From positions 18,042,001-18,106,000 of the forward strand of contig NC_135252.1 of NCBI RefSeq assembly GCF_964204865.1: a stretch of DNA of 64,000 nucleotides, given 5' to 3'. The position numbers were made by a program, and so were the translations under genes. This document shows, piece by piece, positions 33,950 to 48,400 of this stretch. Every line of letters begins with the position of its first letter. The first letter of the stretch is position 1. This DNA comes from Styela clava. Taxonomy: Eukaryota. The notes under the pieces were generated by a model. That model was not told the DNA's origin. It saw only the letters and a program-made list of their open reading frames with translations, and did no database searches.

Positions 33950-36900
33950 TCATAAAACTGTCTCATATTGGCATATATGTTTTGAAAAAATAAAGTAATA
34001 ACGTTCTCGTGACAACATCAATTTTAAACCACTTAAAATTGCAAAAGAATTGATCCAGAAGTTAACAATGAAAAAGATTTTTGACAAAAATTCAAAAACG
34101 AAAAAACGAATCATAGGTCCACTCCGGAATTGAATAATTGTCCTTTATTGTGGGTGTCTAAATAATAATAAAATTCATTGTCGGCATCAATAGTCCAGTT
34201 GTACATGTGAAAGAGATTAAAAGTTTTGATTTGAAACCATGCGATGTCCTTTCAAATAAATTATGCATGTTTTTTTATTGATATCAATTTTGTAAATACA
34301 TGATCTATATACACAAGAATCGCCATCACCATAGGTAAAGTCGGCATTCTTACCTACTTATACATGTTCTATCTTTTCTTTTTTCGACACGTTTAATGAA
34401 ATGCTCGTTATTTCTTCATGGGCTTTGCCTTTTTTTTTTACTATTGCAATTCCTCACATAATATACTGACCCAAAAGCGGACAGAATAGCAAGTATTCCT
34501 CCAGCTATCACTCCTAAGATGATATCTGTGCCAAGAAAATATAAAACGTAGCCATTGAGTAGTCGCACAAAAATTAAAGATTTGAAAGAAATTTCCGAAG
34601 CTTATAAAACATATCGCCTATTTGTAACAAATTTCTATGTATTTTGTACTTTGCAATAACTCCTGTTATACATTCGAATAAACTTTTATAAAAATATCAA
34701 AACTTCAAGTGATCAAAACTAAATATATTAGACTTATAAAGATCGAGAAATACGTTCCTTGGTCTATCTAATTTGTCACAGTTTGGATTGCATTCTGATT
34801 AAAGCTGAGTATGAATGCATTCTGATTAAAGCTGAGTATGAATGCGTAGGATAGATAAATCATTAAACGTTCAAATTTAATTTGATTGGTAGAAGAATCT
34901 GGAAGAATCTTGTCAATGAAAAGTTCGTCACTGACTTTGAACAAAACTGTGTTTTTACTCGGTGTTGCTGTTACAAGAAATATTCTGCAAAACATAACAA
35001 AAGATATGCAATTACTCGATGAGTTACAAACTAACAGCATTTTCATCATATATTGACATCAATCATTAGCTGATATCGAGAAATATTGTTTCTATAATCA
35101 TAAATGAAAACAGAAAAATAAAACAACCAATGACTTGCTAACTGTTTCAGTTTCTCTTACTTGTATGTTTGCGAATTTGATAATCTTTTATCGTATGCTT
35201 TATATACATTGTCAAAATTATTTTTTTGTTTTATGTAGTTTTTTCCACTGACATCGCAAGTAGTGTTTACTTCGCTCCCAAGAACAAGATTTATGGACGA
35301 TCAATTTGACCCAATGCTTGGAAACGAAAAAAACATATATATATATATATATATATATCATTAACATATATATCATAAAAATGGTAAATGTGTGATATAC
35401 TGGACTACATTAATTTTGATACGAAATTACTTAAATCACATTTAGAAATGAATCAAACAAGCTATGCAATATGATGAAGCTAATTGATTGAATGTATCTG
35501 TAATCCAGCAATTTCTCATTTAAGCTATACCTTATGTCAACAATCAATTTGAATTTATGTCAAATTTACTATATATTATCACGCATCACGAATTCATTAC
35601 TATCCAAACAGTGATAAGACAATATATTCAGGAAATTATTAGTTATGACAATAGATAATGCGGCCCGCTTAATATTGATGGTTGTTTTCATTTAAACTAA
35701 ATTTTTGAAAGTTTCTCTGTTCATACCTGGTTTTATCAGGAGCTACTGCAATGTATTCATCTTGCAATCTGCCGGAACTCAATTCAGCCATACGTGATCT
35801 TCCGATAGAAGACAAACTTTTAGTGTTCACATTGGCTTGAACGATAATGAATAAACAACTGAAATATTAAAAAGAAAATGCGCTGAGGGATAAAGGACAA
35901 AAATACTAAATTTAAAAAGAATGTAGGTTAAAAAAACTCATTCGTAACTTTCAAACAGTAACTAAAGAAACAACAACCGATATATATATATAGCATTATG
36001 ATTTATCACTTTAACTCTAAAATGTGTTTCAGGGGAACAACTGTTATATAGACTAACTACCTCACAGGGCCATTGGTTTCATCTGGAATGTTAATTGAAA
36101 TCGCTAAAGTTCGATTGTTAATTTTTTTTTTTCGGCTATAGGTGATTGTAGAATAGACGACACTGTAAACATGAACTTTTTAACATAAATGTAAATGCAC
36201 TCTAAACATAAAAAGCGATAATGAGGATATTTTTTATACATTTGTTTTGATATGAGTATTTTTTTTTATTCAAAATATAATATTAATAACGGTAAAACAA
36301 ATATACAGTCAATATGAAATTAAGTACCCTTTTTAATAAAAGTAGTTTTTTAAATTTTGTGTTATTAAAAGGTAGTAATAATGCATTATAAATCACCAGA
36401 GAAATTCATACTCGCCAAAAAAATCTTTCAAGTTTTCGTACCAATAGCACAATTGTTTTAGCCACTGACGATTTTCCAAAATTGATAAATCGCCTATCTC
36501 TATCATTTATCAATTGCGAGTAAACAAATTATTGATGTATTCAATAATTTATGAAGTAGATTATTTACATCGTGATTCGTGATTGAAATTTATATTTTAA
36601 GAGTCCAACATAAATTTGCGAGAAATATATTAAAAAAATTTCAAGCGTCTTACCGTTAGCATCGGTAACACATTCCCCTACCGCGTTTATCTCTGTTCAA
36701 ATCCTGCACAAGTTTTTGCTCGAATATAGACATTGTAATTTCTATTGAAAACTGTTGAAAGCACATAATGAGGTTATCTGAGGTGGTAGCAGTATTTCAT
36801 ATCTTTTGAAGCCATTGTTAAAGTATGACGACACTATAGCTCTTGTTGAGTTGAATTATTTTTACAATTTACGGAAATTATTCTTCATTATTCGGCATCG

Positions 36901-38917
36901 ATCGTATATTCATGAAAATAGAGTTTAATTGCAGAGAATTTTATATGGTAAAACAATTATGCGGAACTAAAACATTTTGAAGCAATTGAAATTATAAATG
37001 GACTAAAACAAATGACATTCTCATGTCACCTGATAGTATTTATGTTCAAACAGAAATTTATATAAAAAATAAAACGCTTTCTCAAATAGGCCAATTCATT
37101 CACACAATGAGTAGACAGTATACGAACCGTGTAACTGAATATATATTCCGAGTTCATTACTGTTGACCAAGATACATTGCAAGAACCGTCATCTCCATCA
37201 TCCATCATCCAACCGTCAAGAAGTCATCTTCAGGCCTGGGTTAGACCCCAGTAGTTGCATTTGTGGTTGTGGCACTGAAGCAAATTAACGGGGTTGTTTA
37301 AGCATGGCTCAATCTAAAATAAGAGTTGATGATTTTCTTTTAATTTTTTTATGGTTACAATCGTTTGCAGCTGAGAGATTTTTGTCTATTAGCAATCGCA
37401 AAATTATATATCCTGCCCGAAAAATTACCTTGATAATATAAGATGTTGACGACTGCAGACCTGTTATGTTGGACGTCATGGACAAATTATGGGGTGCTGT
37501 GAAGAACATTTTATAATTGGTGAATAAGGTGATGTTGATAGAATCCATAATCTGAAATCTATGATATAGCATTGTACAACTGTTTGTGAAATGATCATGA
37601 AAGATTTATTTTGATATTTCATTTATAGTTGACATTTGAAACAACTTGGAATTAGATTTTCAAAAATTAAGACTGCAAATTTGTGTATAACATATCAGCT
37701 TAATTTAAACGTTATGCTGCTTCAGTTGTTCTTTATTACTGCTTTCTTATGTGAGACGTGTTTATATCTATGTAGGTACATCCAGTCGTATTTCTTGCCA
37801 AGATTTTAATGAATTATTGCAAATTCTCAGTAAAATGTAGACAGATACCTGTGTTCGATTCTAACTCCACGAACATGTGGCTCCCAAGTGACCAGTAAAT
37901 TGGAATTGCAAGGTGACGATGTAATGTTTGTGATTGATGGTTGACCTGAAACTATAAGTACATTCCGGAGCAGGGCATGAACGCACATTTCTATATATTT
38001 GATACATGAATACATATTAAGTATTTAAATAAGTCTCAGTGAGTAGTGAGACTGAACTGTTAAATTAATCTGAATTATTTTATTTTTAGGAAAACTTGAA
38101 CATTTTCATATATTTGGTTCTATGATACCTTGTTCACAGATGTAGTATTGCTTCTCAGTACAATATGTGGTTTTGGGTTTGTAATTTTTCAATGTTAGTG
38201 AGAGGCGATGAAAACCAGAGTTTGTCATCATTGCTGAAATGGCTTATAACCAGAAATAGTTTAGCATATTCGATTTACTTTATTTGTAGCAACATTCATT
38301 TTTGATATTTACTTACTCGGAGTTTAAGTGAGTCTAGATCAGAGCTATAGTGGTCGATATCAATTTCAAAATTCGAGATTGGATTTTTGCGCAATCTGTA
38401 CGAGCTGTTTCAAAAGGATGTGGTCCTAAAATAATCAATTTGTATATTCCCGAGGGACCCAAAATTCTAAAGGGAATCGCTAAAACAAAATATAATTGTA
38501 TAAAAAAAAGATTGTTGGTTGCTGTTTTGGGTTACAAAACTCTATTTTTTCTCTAAACTTGTAATTTTCCTAAAGCGTTTACACGCCTCCAAAACCAGGG
38601 TGTCAAATTGAATTTACCCAAAATTGAGACAAACATTTTGCTATTAAAAATGTAAATGTGGCGAAGAGAGAAAATTACTTGATAAGAGTTCAATAACTTA
38701 TATACATATGATTGAATTGCTGACCATTCATGCATATAACTCGTTACGGTGATTTGAACCAATGGCTGAGAAATGTGCGACATTGTCAAATCTAATGTAT
38801 ACTTGCTACATATCTTAATTAACAATACAAAAACTAATGAAAGTAATAATTTCCAATATATGCGCTAGCTGTTGCAAGAAATGCAAACGAAACAAACCAG
38901 CAATTGCAACCAAGCAT
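33950..38917 (-). pseudogene. Pseudogene C of the CTLD/Ig/FN3-ITAM receptor family
   Basis: Signal exon (ATG 38917) with its donor lost; the CTLD2 exon has an in-frame TAG (38334-38336); the CTLD2b and TM exons are frameshifted. The CTLD1 and Ig exons are absent. The ITAM exon is reduced to CQYETVL* (33950-33973). Confidence 0.85.
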
Positions 38918-39779
38918 CTCAGTTGCCTCAAATTGTCATCATCAGGAAAAATACGCTTCTATATGAAAAAAAAAAACTGAAACTGAAATCGATCTATATA
39001 ATTTAGAACCCCACGCACTACGGATTTGACATCATCGAGAGATTCCTTGTGATATATATACACATGACTTAGGACTAGCTCAGTAGATTAGCTCAATAAT
39101 TAGCAATATGTTCGATGTTAAAAGGTCTATGCGAGTCTTCCAATATGCTAGATAAGTGAAATATGAATATCGACATTAACCAACTATCAGTAAGAAATAT
39201 GAGTAATCAATCTTAGTATGATTGATATGAGAAATTTGTATAACCAAATAGGGGAGCTTTATTTTGAAATATATATGCTTCTACTTTGACTGGTGTTGAA
39301 CCATAATTTATTTTTGTTTTAATAGGATTGTTTGACGCTAAACGTTATATTTTTTATCTGTCGCATAAGCTTGTCAAAAATAAGTAAAAACAAAGGGTAA
39401 AATATATAAAGAACAGTACAACCAAATAACCGTGGTATCGTCGTTAACATTGCCATTTCACGTAAACAGGAGTAAAAATTACTCAGTTAACCAAACAGAG
39501 TTCTCTGAAAACTACAACAAACGATCATTAATGTGATAATTGTGATTCCATATGAACATTTATCAACTCACTATTGATGTTATGGAAAGACTATAGCAAC
39601 CTTCGAATCTTACATTCCCGAAACTAAGCAATAATAAATTAGTGGAATGATTTTTCTTCGATGGACTAAAAAGATTTCAGGCTACCTGAAGGTAAAGCAT
39701 TAGGATATGACTATATTCACACCGAATTTTAGGAGGCCCCCTATATAGCGAAACCTATATACACTCATATAAGTTATTC

Positions 39780-40000
39780 AGATGTTATTCCCCAATTGTT
39801 CGAAAAATGCTAAAAGTTCACGCGTGTTCAAAACCTATACTCCCAACGATCTTCCCATTTCAGTTCTTTCTATCATGACCATACTATTCGAAAAACTTTC
39901 ACACACGAATAGGACAAGACTAACTCAATTTGTAGATCAATGCGAAATCCCGCAATTATTTTCATACTATTTTGTCTACGAATTTTCATCACGCCATTAA
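39780..40000 (+). mobile_element. Decayed LINE RT fragment (paralog of 28470-28720)
   Basis: ORF 39782-40000 FPNCSKNAK..PISVLSIMTILFEKL. Confidence 0.55.
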
Positions 40001-40029
40001 ATTATTGGTCAAACTCTATGTGAATAGAT

Positions 40030-40334
40030 TATTTCTTATCGATCTTAGGATCGGTAAGTATGTTGATAGGTATTTGTATGTTTGTCTGTCTGTCTGTTAG
40101 ATGCACGCGATATTCACGAAAGCGAGGTTCAATCTGCTCGCAATTGCATGTGCATTCATCCTTGCTCGGACCAGAAGCCTATTGATTTTAGATGAATTAT
40201 GTCGTGTAATTTAGCGAGTTATTGATTAATTAGTGATGGGACACGTGGTGTCACTATAGGGTCAGAGTAAAGGAATGGAGGCTCCCTAACTTTCGATCGA
40301 TAAGGCTTCGGTCTCCGACCGATATTCTCGTTTT
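40030..40334 (-). mobile_element. HINE/DINE-1-like repeat (inverted copy of 608-914)
   Basis: Reverse-complement similarity to 608-914, with a (TGTC)n tract and a terminal hairpin. Confidence 0.55.
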
Positions 40335-40443
40335 TCTTTTGCCCAGTTATATAGCCTAGGCAGCATGATATTGTAGCAAGCAGTTGCGCATTCTCCACCC
40401 TCCTTCGTAGGCGGATAATGCATTCTTGCAATACAGAAATGAT

Positions 40444-40669
40444 TAGGGCTGGGAGATTCAGGGAGAACACTTTAACCGTTAATCGGGTAAAATCAACCGG
40501 TTAACCGCAGCGTGACGTTTCACGCAATAATTTATAATTTCAGCTTGTTACGTCACAATGATTCCAAGTATTTTCGCGTGATCTTATTCAGGTATCACTC
40601 AAAATTATTCACGAATCGAGGTAGTTTCATGATCGCTCTGCGATTAACCGTTAACCATTCCCAGCCCTA
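40444..40669 (+). mobile_element. Internally deleted hAT MITE family A
   Basis: Same TIRs as 6916-7608, with a perfect 8-bp TSD gaaatgat. Confidence 0.9.
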
Positions 40670-42267
40670 GAAATGATGTTTTGTAATGTGGAACTGAAAT
40701 AATTAAACTTTACTATTTTCATAAATTTGAGATAGTGAAAGTTATGCGCCAGTATGTCGACGACAAACTGCCAAAGACATTTGCCAGGCAAACTAATGTC
40801 ATTTCGTATTGCACACGATATGCTACAAAAGGCAGATTTCCATGTCTCAAGAAACTCGTAATGTGGAACGCAAATATGCATTAAATCCATGGATGTAAAT
40901 TTGTGGAATAATTTGCCAAGATTTATAGGATCACTGTCAAATCATGGTTTAAAACAGTGGTTCCCAAATTATTTTTTTCGTGACTTTAATTTTCCTAAAT
41001 TTAAAGCCTACAGATACTCGGGACCCCACAACTATATACATTAGGCAACTTTAAAAATTAGTAAATAAGTTCACTTCGATATACCTGTATATCGACTGCA
41101 AGTGGACGTTGACGGTGAACATTGGCCCAAAAATATATATGAACGAGTCCGACAATGCGCAGGGAAAACGGGGAAACCTCAGAAGAATTGATACCACATG
41201 ACTTCGTATGAAAACCGCGGTGCAAAAATCTCTCAAATCAGAATTATAACGGTTCTTTGAAGAAACATGGGCGGAATTGATAAAATGTGGTAGATTGTAG
41301 GGAAGCGTACGATGATTCGGAATTAGTAAGATTGCCTCTAAATATACATAAACTCAAAATCTTATTTAGTATATTTTAAAAGAGTTTTTATTATTTTCAT
41401 TGCGATATACAATATGAGCATGGAAGTAAAATAGGTGCAAAGTGTACGGAATCACATCTTTTATGTGTCTTTCATTACGCTAGAACAGGGGTGGCTAACC
41501 AGCCAAGAGTTGCATTTCGTACTTTAATACCGCGAAGAGCCACATTATAAACAAGAACACACATGAACATCAGTTATACCGTTATTCAACTGTGCTAGTT
41601 GAAGCTAGTGTAATGTAAGTATCACTAACCAACATGATTATGACAGAAATTCACAAGCCATTTATTATCATGTTTGCTACTCAGTGGTGGGAGTCGTTGT
41701 AGCCAATCGAAGCAGTTCTTTCTCATGGGTGTCAGTCAGATCAGATCAATGCTTTGATTTCACGTCTTTTAGGGTAGAAAATACAGATACGCAGACGTAT
41801 GTTGACTCAAACATTGACAATACCCTATGCGCAGCTCATTTGACATTGGCTTATTTCTCGCATTTCAGTTGGTCTTTCTTATAGAGATCAGTTGCAGCCT
41901 CATAATTAATTATAAAGTATTGAAACTAAGCCTAGAAAACATGTCTTCAAGCTTATCGCATGAATAGAAAGTTTGTGATTGTAAATATATTTGTACTTCC
42001 AGTATATTTTAATTTTGCGAATTTTCACATGAACACGCAATGCTTGAATGGCTATATTAAACAGTATCAATCAAATAGGATTTTGCTTGTTTTTGTCTTC
42101 CAACAGAACATGAACTCACTCACATCATAAATATTCATTATGAAATAGTTTCTACACAGTACTGTAGATTGTCGGGTTATAATATAATTCAACAAGAATG
42201 TAGAAATAAAAAAAAAAATAGTTATTCCCAGATCAAACAGAATTGATATATTGCATTACATTGACTA

Positions 42268-42416
42268 TTATAAAACAGTCTCATATTGGCCAACTGCTAT
42301 TTCGTATGGATTCCATTCTGGAGGATCAGTGATGTCCTCGTAACCATTTGATGCTTCAGCAATCGTTTCATAAGTGTTGATTGACGTATTCAGATGATGT
42401 TGTGTATCTGTAGTAC
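42268..42416 (-). other. Terminal exon of receptor B encoding an ITAM-containing tail
   Basis: GTTDTQHHLNTSINT-YETI-AEASNG-YEDI-TDPPEWNP-YEIA-VGQ-YETVL*. Confidence 0.85.
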
Positions 42417-45400
42417 CTGTTTCAATATTTATTTGCATGAAGTTATCGGATACTCAAATATATAAATATGTTATATCCCATTGATTTTTTTCATTATAAT
42501 GCTTTATCGATAAACAAGAGTCCACAAGAAATTTTGAACAAATAAAGTAATAAACTTATCGCAACAACATCAATTTTCAACCACTGAAAATTCCAATGCC
42601 ATCGGTCCAGTGGTTAATGATAAAAAGATTTTTTGAATAAAATTCAAAATGACAAAACGATTCATAGGTACATCCCGTGTATTTAATATATGTCCTATAT
42701 TGTGGGTGTCTACATGATAATAAAATTAAATGTATCAGAATAAAGTGTTGAGAAACAAGTTATGGAATTGAGCAATTTTCCTAACATATGAGTAACAGTT
42801 ATCGTCATCAAAAGTCCTGTCGTACTTGTGAATCAAATTGGGAGTTGTGATTTGAAACCATGCGATGTTCTTTCAAATAAATTACGCATTTTTTCTTTTA
42901 TTCATATTAAATTTGTACTATGTACACAGAAACGACATCGTCATAAGTAAAGTCGGGATTCTTACCTGCTGATACAGGTTCTATCTTTCTTTTTTTCGAA
43001 ACGTTCAATGAAATGCTTGAAATAGTTCCATGGACGTCGTCTTTCCTTTTATTATTGCGATGTCTCACATAACACAGACACGCAAAAGCAGACAAAACAG
43101 CAAGTATTCCTCCAGCTACCACTGCCCAGGTGATATCTGTATGAAAAGTAAAATATAGACGTTAAGTAGTCACATGAAATTTAGAGAATTGGGAGAAAAT
43201 TTAAAAATAAATCCTCCATCTGTAACAAACTTCTATGTATTTTGTATATTGCAATACCACCTATTATATATTTAAACAAACTTTAACAATCATATCATAA
43301 CCTCAAGTGGTCAAACCTTAATTACTTTTATTACGCTTATGCATAGAAAAAGTTTTCATGATCAATCTATTGTGTCACAATTTGTGTTGCAATCTAATTA
43401 AGCTGAGTGTGTTAGTGTTAATAAGGAATGTATAAAACATTCAAATTGCAAATTTAATTTGATTGTTATCTGGAACAATCTTCCCGATTGAAAGCTTATT
43501 TAAAAACGCTCAGCTCACTAAAATGTTGAATAAATACAATTTTGCATTTAAAGAATTATTTGGTTCGTTGTGTACATTGAAATATTTGTTTTGTGCTTTT
43601 AAGGTTTGTGTGTCTGTGTCTAGATGTCTGAGGTTAGTCACATGACTCGCCAGACCAAATATTTTTGTGGTGTTTGCAAGATATTCATTCTAATGTGAAT
43701 TTTTAATTTCGGCGTAAAATTTTTCCCTGAAAGTACAACTTTGTTTCTTTTTTAATCACCTGTAAAAGGTTTGCCAATCAGAAGTCCTTCACTAGTACCA
43801 AATGAAACACTTTCTCTCGTAGGTGTAGAAGTCACAAGAAATATTCTGCAACATACAATGGTGTCATGTAATTAATTCAATATTCAAAGAATATATTGTT
43901 CATACTTAACTTTTTTATAGTTTTAATTTTTTTTATTTATAGCTGCTATGCAAATATATATCCGATAACTAATGTAATCTATATATTCTTTTCATAATTA
44001 AATAGCACTAAAGTATTGCAAAAAAGAGCCGGTGTTTCAAAAATGGCGCTTTTAACTCATTGTTCTATTATATATAATATATGTAAAAGAACGAGGGGTA
44101 AGTAGGGCAAGTGGGACTCGGCATTTTTGTACATCCATACAGAAGCAATGAAGTGTAATATTCGAGAAACGAAAACTTTATTCTCGTACCTGTAACTTTC
44201 AGAGAGTGACAATCTCTTGTTATATGCAACTAACGTATTTTTTGAACTATACCCTTCACCACTGTTGTTATTTCCGCTAATGTCACACCTTGTTTTTATT
44301 TGATCTCCAAGAATCAGACTTATTTTCAAACGGTTTTGCCCAACGCTTCAAAAGGAAAACGTTTATTACACAATGTTTTGGTAATGACGTAGCATGTTGG
44401 ACAGCTATATATATATATATATGATTCTGTTTACTAAAAATATTTATAATAGTTTTAGTCTTAATAAATGTAATTATTAAAAAAAATTATTTATTCTAAT
44501 ATATTTGATCAAGTTGCATAAAAAACAAACCCACTAGAAGGGTTGTGTTCAGAGTTTTGCAGGATATAATATCAAACTGGCATTATTTGTAATTGTTATG
44601 ATACGCCTACATACACCTAATTTACACAAATTCGAAACTGCAAATCAGGAAGAATATATGTTTTGGCAACATCCCACAAAATAATATAGCATAATCCTAA
44701 CATAATGTTCTATCTTGCTCGAAACGTTCATACGTGAATCATACCTGGTTCTGTTCAAAGCTATTGCAATATATTCATCTTCAATTTCTGATTTATTCAG
44801 TTTACTCATTAGTGCATAGTTAAAATCAGGCCGAGTGTTGCTTGTTTTGTTGACTTGTACGATGATAAAGTAACAACTAATAGTGTATAAAAAAAATTAG
44901 TGATAAAAAAAAATTAGTAGCGTTCATGGATATTTGTTACGATCTTTGAAATGTATTACATTGAAGAAGTATACCGTGATCTCATAACCAATGTTTCAAA
45001 TCCCGTATGGCAGCGTAATTCGCCAAAGGCAAACTTGAAAAGCATCGTCAGACATTTCATTTGACCTATTGCAAGCATCAATTTTCATCCCCTTTCGGGC
45101 CACTAAAACAACTTTTTACTTTGAGAAACATCAATTAGATCAGGGGTTCTCAAACTTTTGGTGTTGCGGAGCCCTTGGAAAGGTTGACTATTATTCACGG
45201 AGCCCCAAAATAAATGTTAAAGTTGTTACTTTCAGATTAATATTCCTGAGCAAGTTAAAAGTACTTTACTTAATTTAAATGCTGAACCTTAGGGTTAATA
45301 CAAGTCATACATAAATCTAAATTTCAAACATAAATTATATATACACTAAAGCTGTAAATTTGACACTTGACAAACATATTAATAAATAAGGGGTCGAATC

Positions 45401-48400
45401 TTTTCCCTTTTGACATGTTTGGAAGACTTAAAAGGCCTCTAATAACGTGCGCAATTGCATTTTGTTACAATCGCCGATTTTTTTCGTCAGCATGGCGTGT
45501 CTTTGAACCTTTTAACATCTTTACGCCGGTGTTTATTCTCCCTAAATCAAAAATTTCCCTCGGCATATATATACATGTATAGTTACACAATGACGACGTT
45601 ATTCGCTTTTTTGTTCTCGTGGGGAATTATGAGTTCAATGTGAAAAACATGTTACCATATTATAGTCATCGTTACGAAATGCTAAAAATAATAATTAATA
45701 AAGAGATAAATCCGCAACTAAAATTTCTTGATTGAAAAGCGGCATTCTAAAATAATAAAACTAAAACTTAAAATGGAAGATCACAGGTTTGGTTTCAGCA
45801 GACTCACCTCAGATTGAAAACGTATTTATAGACATTGTGAATCACAAAAATTGGTGTTATGTTAGGTTTTCATCGTAGTAACTGCGAAATCGAAACAGAG
45901 TCAATTGTGCGCGCGATGTACCTTTTCCCCCATTATGAAACTACCGACGGAGCCGCACGCAATCAATTGTGCGCGCTCCGCGATGTACCTTTTTTTTCAT
46001 TCTGAAACTACCGACGGAGCCGAATGCAATAAAATAAATTTCAATTGTTCGTTAAATGCTCGCATCGGTCATGGATTAAATATTTTACGCAATAGAAATC
46101 TCTTTATCCGCTTTTTTTAATCGCGAAGAATGTTGCGCGGAAATTTCCGATTCCAATTTTGAACCACCACCGTCTTAAGAATCCTGGCTGCGCTCCTGCT
46201 TATAAATAATGTCATTTTTTAATTCCGCCTCTTTGCCATATTTCGAGGCTATTTTGTTGTCAGATTTTATCAAAGCTGTTATTGCTTCTTATTAGAACAG
46301 TTACAAAACTAGTCAGTATTTTGAAAAGTAATCCAATAGCTCGCGGAGCCCCTGGGTTTCTCTCGCGGAGCCCTGGGGCTCCGTACGGAGCACTTTGAGA
46401 ACCTATGAATTAGATAACCAAATCACCTTATAGGACCATTAGTTTCATCTGGAACGTGAATTGAAAATTCCAATATTCCAGAACTATTTCTTTCACCTCT
46501 GGTTGAAGGTGCTTGAATGTTGGATGGTGCTGTGAATTACAAACAAAAGTGAAATTTTTATTAATTTATCATAAGAAAGTGAACAAATCCGTTATGCGTT
46601 CAAATGAAGCTATAATGTAATGGGCCACTTGAGTGTGGTATTTTTAGAACGTAGTCTGAATTTTCATAAAATCGGACCTGGCCCGCAATTGCAAGCAAAA
46701 TCTTAGCGGTATTTTAAAAAATATTTAAAAAAAAATTACAAAAGTCTAAAACCAATTGGAAGAAAGACTTAAAATAAATTCTGAATTACCATTGGTATCG
46801 GTAGCACATTTTCCAACAGCCATTGACTCTGCTCCTAACCCTGCACAAGTTCTAGCTCGAATAGAGACATTGTATTTTCTATTGAATTTTTTTGGAAGAA
46901 CATATGAGGTTATATGAGATGGTAGCAGCATTTCATTCATTTTGACATCATCTTTATAGTATGAGGACACTATGGCTTTTGTTGAGCTGATAACGAGCTG
47001 AAATGGGATGAATAGTTTCCGGGTATAAATATTTTTACAATTTACGAAATATTATTATCTATTTTTAGCGTCTAATATATAGTTTTCAAGATGGAGTTTA
47101 ATTTCGAAGAGGTTTAACGATTAAACCAACTTGAACCACATCAAATTCTGAATCGACTGAAACAATTAACGTTTTTATATCACATGATAGTATCAATACA
47201 GAAAGTGATTAAAATTGTCTTGTCATATAGGCTAACTAATTCACTCATTAGTATTCCAATATTAAACTACACAATTCGTCCTGTCATATAATAAGCCTCA
47301 AGTCAAATTAAACAGTGAAAAGAATACAAACCTTGTAATCGGATATATATTCCGGATTCATTACTGTTGACCAAGATACATTGCAAGAACCGTCGTAAGT
47401 CATGTTCAGACTTGGTTTTGAAACAGGACCGGGGAGACCTCCAGTGGTTGCAAGTGTGGTTGTTGCATAATGGCTGAAGCAAGTTGACAGGGTTGCTAAG
47501 CATGGCTCAATCTAATACAGAATTTTTTCAAATTTTTACTTTATATAAGACCATAGGCGTTTGCACAAAAGAGATTTGTGCTCATTGAAATTTTATAATT
47601 TATATATTTCTCCATATAAATTACCTTAATAATATAGGATGTTGACGATTGAAGATCTGTCACATTGGATCTGATAGAGACATTATTCGGCGTTGTAAAT
47701 GAATCTCTATAATTGCTGCTGTTAAGAGTACCCACAATCCGAAATCTATGATATATATTTTTAAATTGTTTATGAAATAAGAATGAGGAAGGAATATAAT
47801 GGAAAAAAAAAAACTAAACCTAGCGAACACTAGGATATTAATGGTATTGAATTTTAAAGCAAACCGATTAGTTGAATTTAGTATTTTAATTATTAGTATG
47901 TAATGAGTACTTAGTAATTATCGTTGTAGTAAATATTTGAGGTACGGTAAATTAGTTTAGCCGCAAACTTTGTATATAGTATGCCACGTTAATTGAAGCA
48001 TCATCAGCTTCAGTGAGATTCATTTTTTTCATTCCTTCATTGTAAGTTTACTTCTGGGTAATTTCATTGGGCCGTATTTTGTGACAAGATATTAACATCG
48101 GAATGCAGGTGATCATTCGAATGCAGCTAGATACCTGTGTTTAATCCCAACTCCAAGAACATGTGGCTTCCAAGTGATCAATAAATTGGAATTACAAGGT
48201 GACGATGTTATGTTGATGATTGATGGTTGACTTGGAACTGAAAATATATTCAAACTTGTTTGTATATATATATTTACCAGAACTGTTATATATGTAATTG
48301 TATATTCTTTGACACATATCAACATCAAATATTACGCTGTGAAAATATATTCGAGCAATAATCAATTTTGTAGTTATTATTCCTGCTCAATGAAGCCAAT

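Noticed and set aside
42268-42300. C-terminal YETVL/YEDIL as an ITIM or ITSM
   Set aside because: The -2 residue is G or C rather than I/V/L/S/T, so the consensus is not met.
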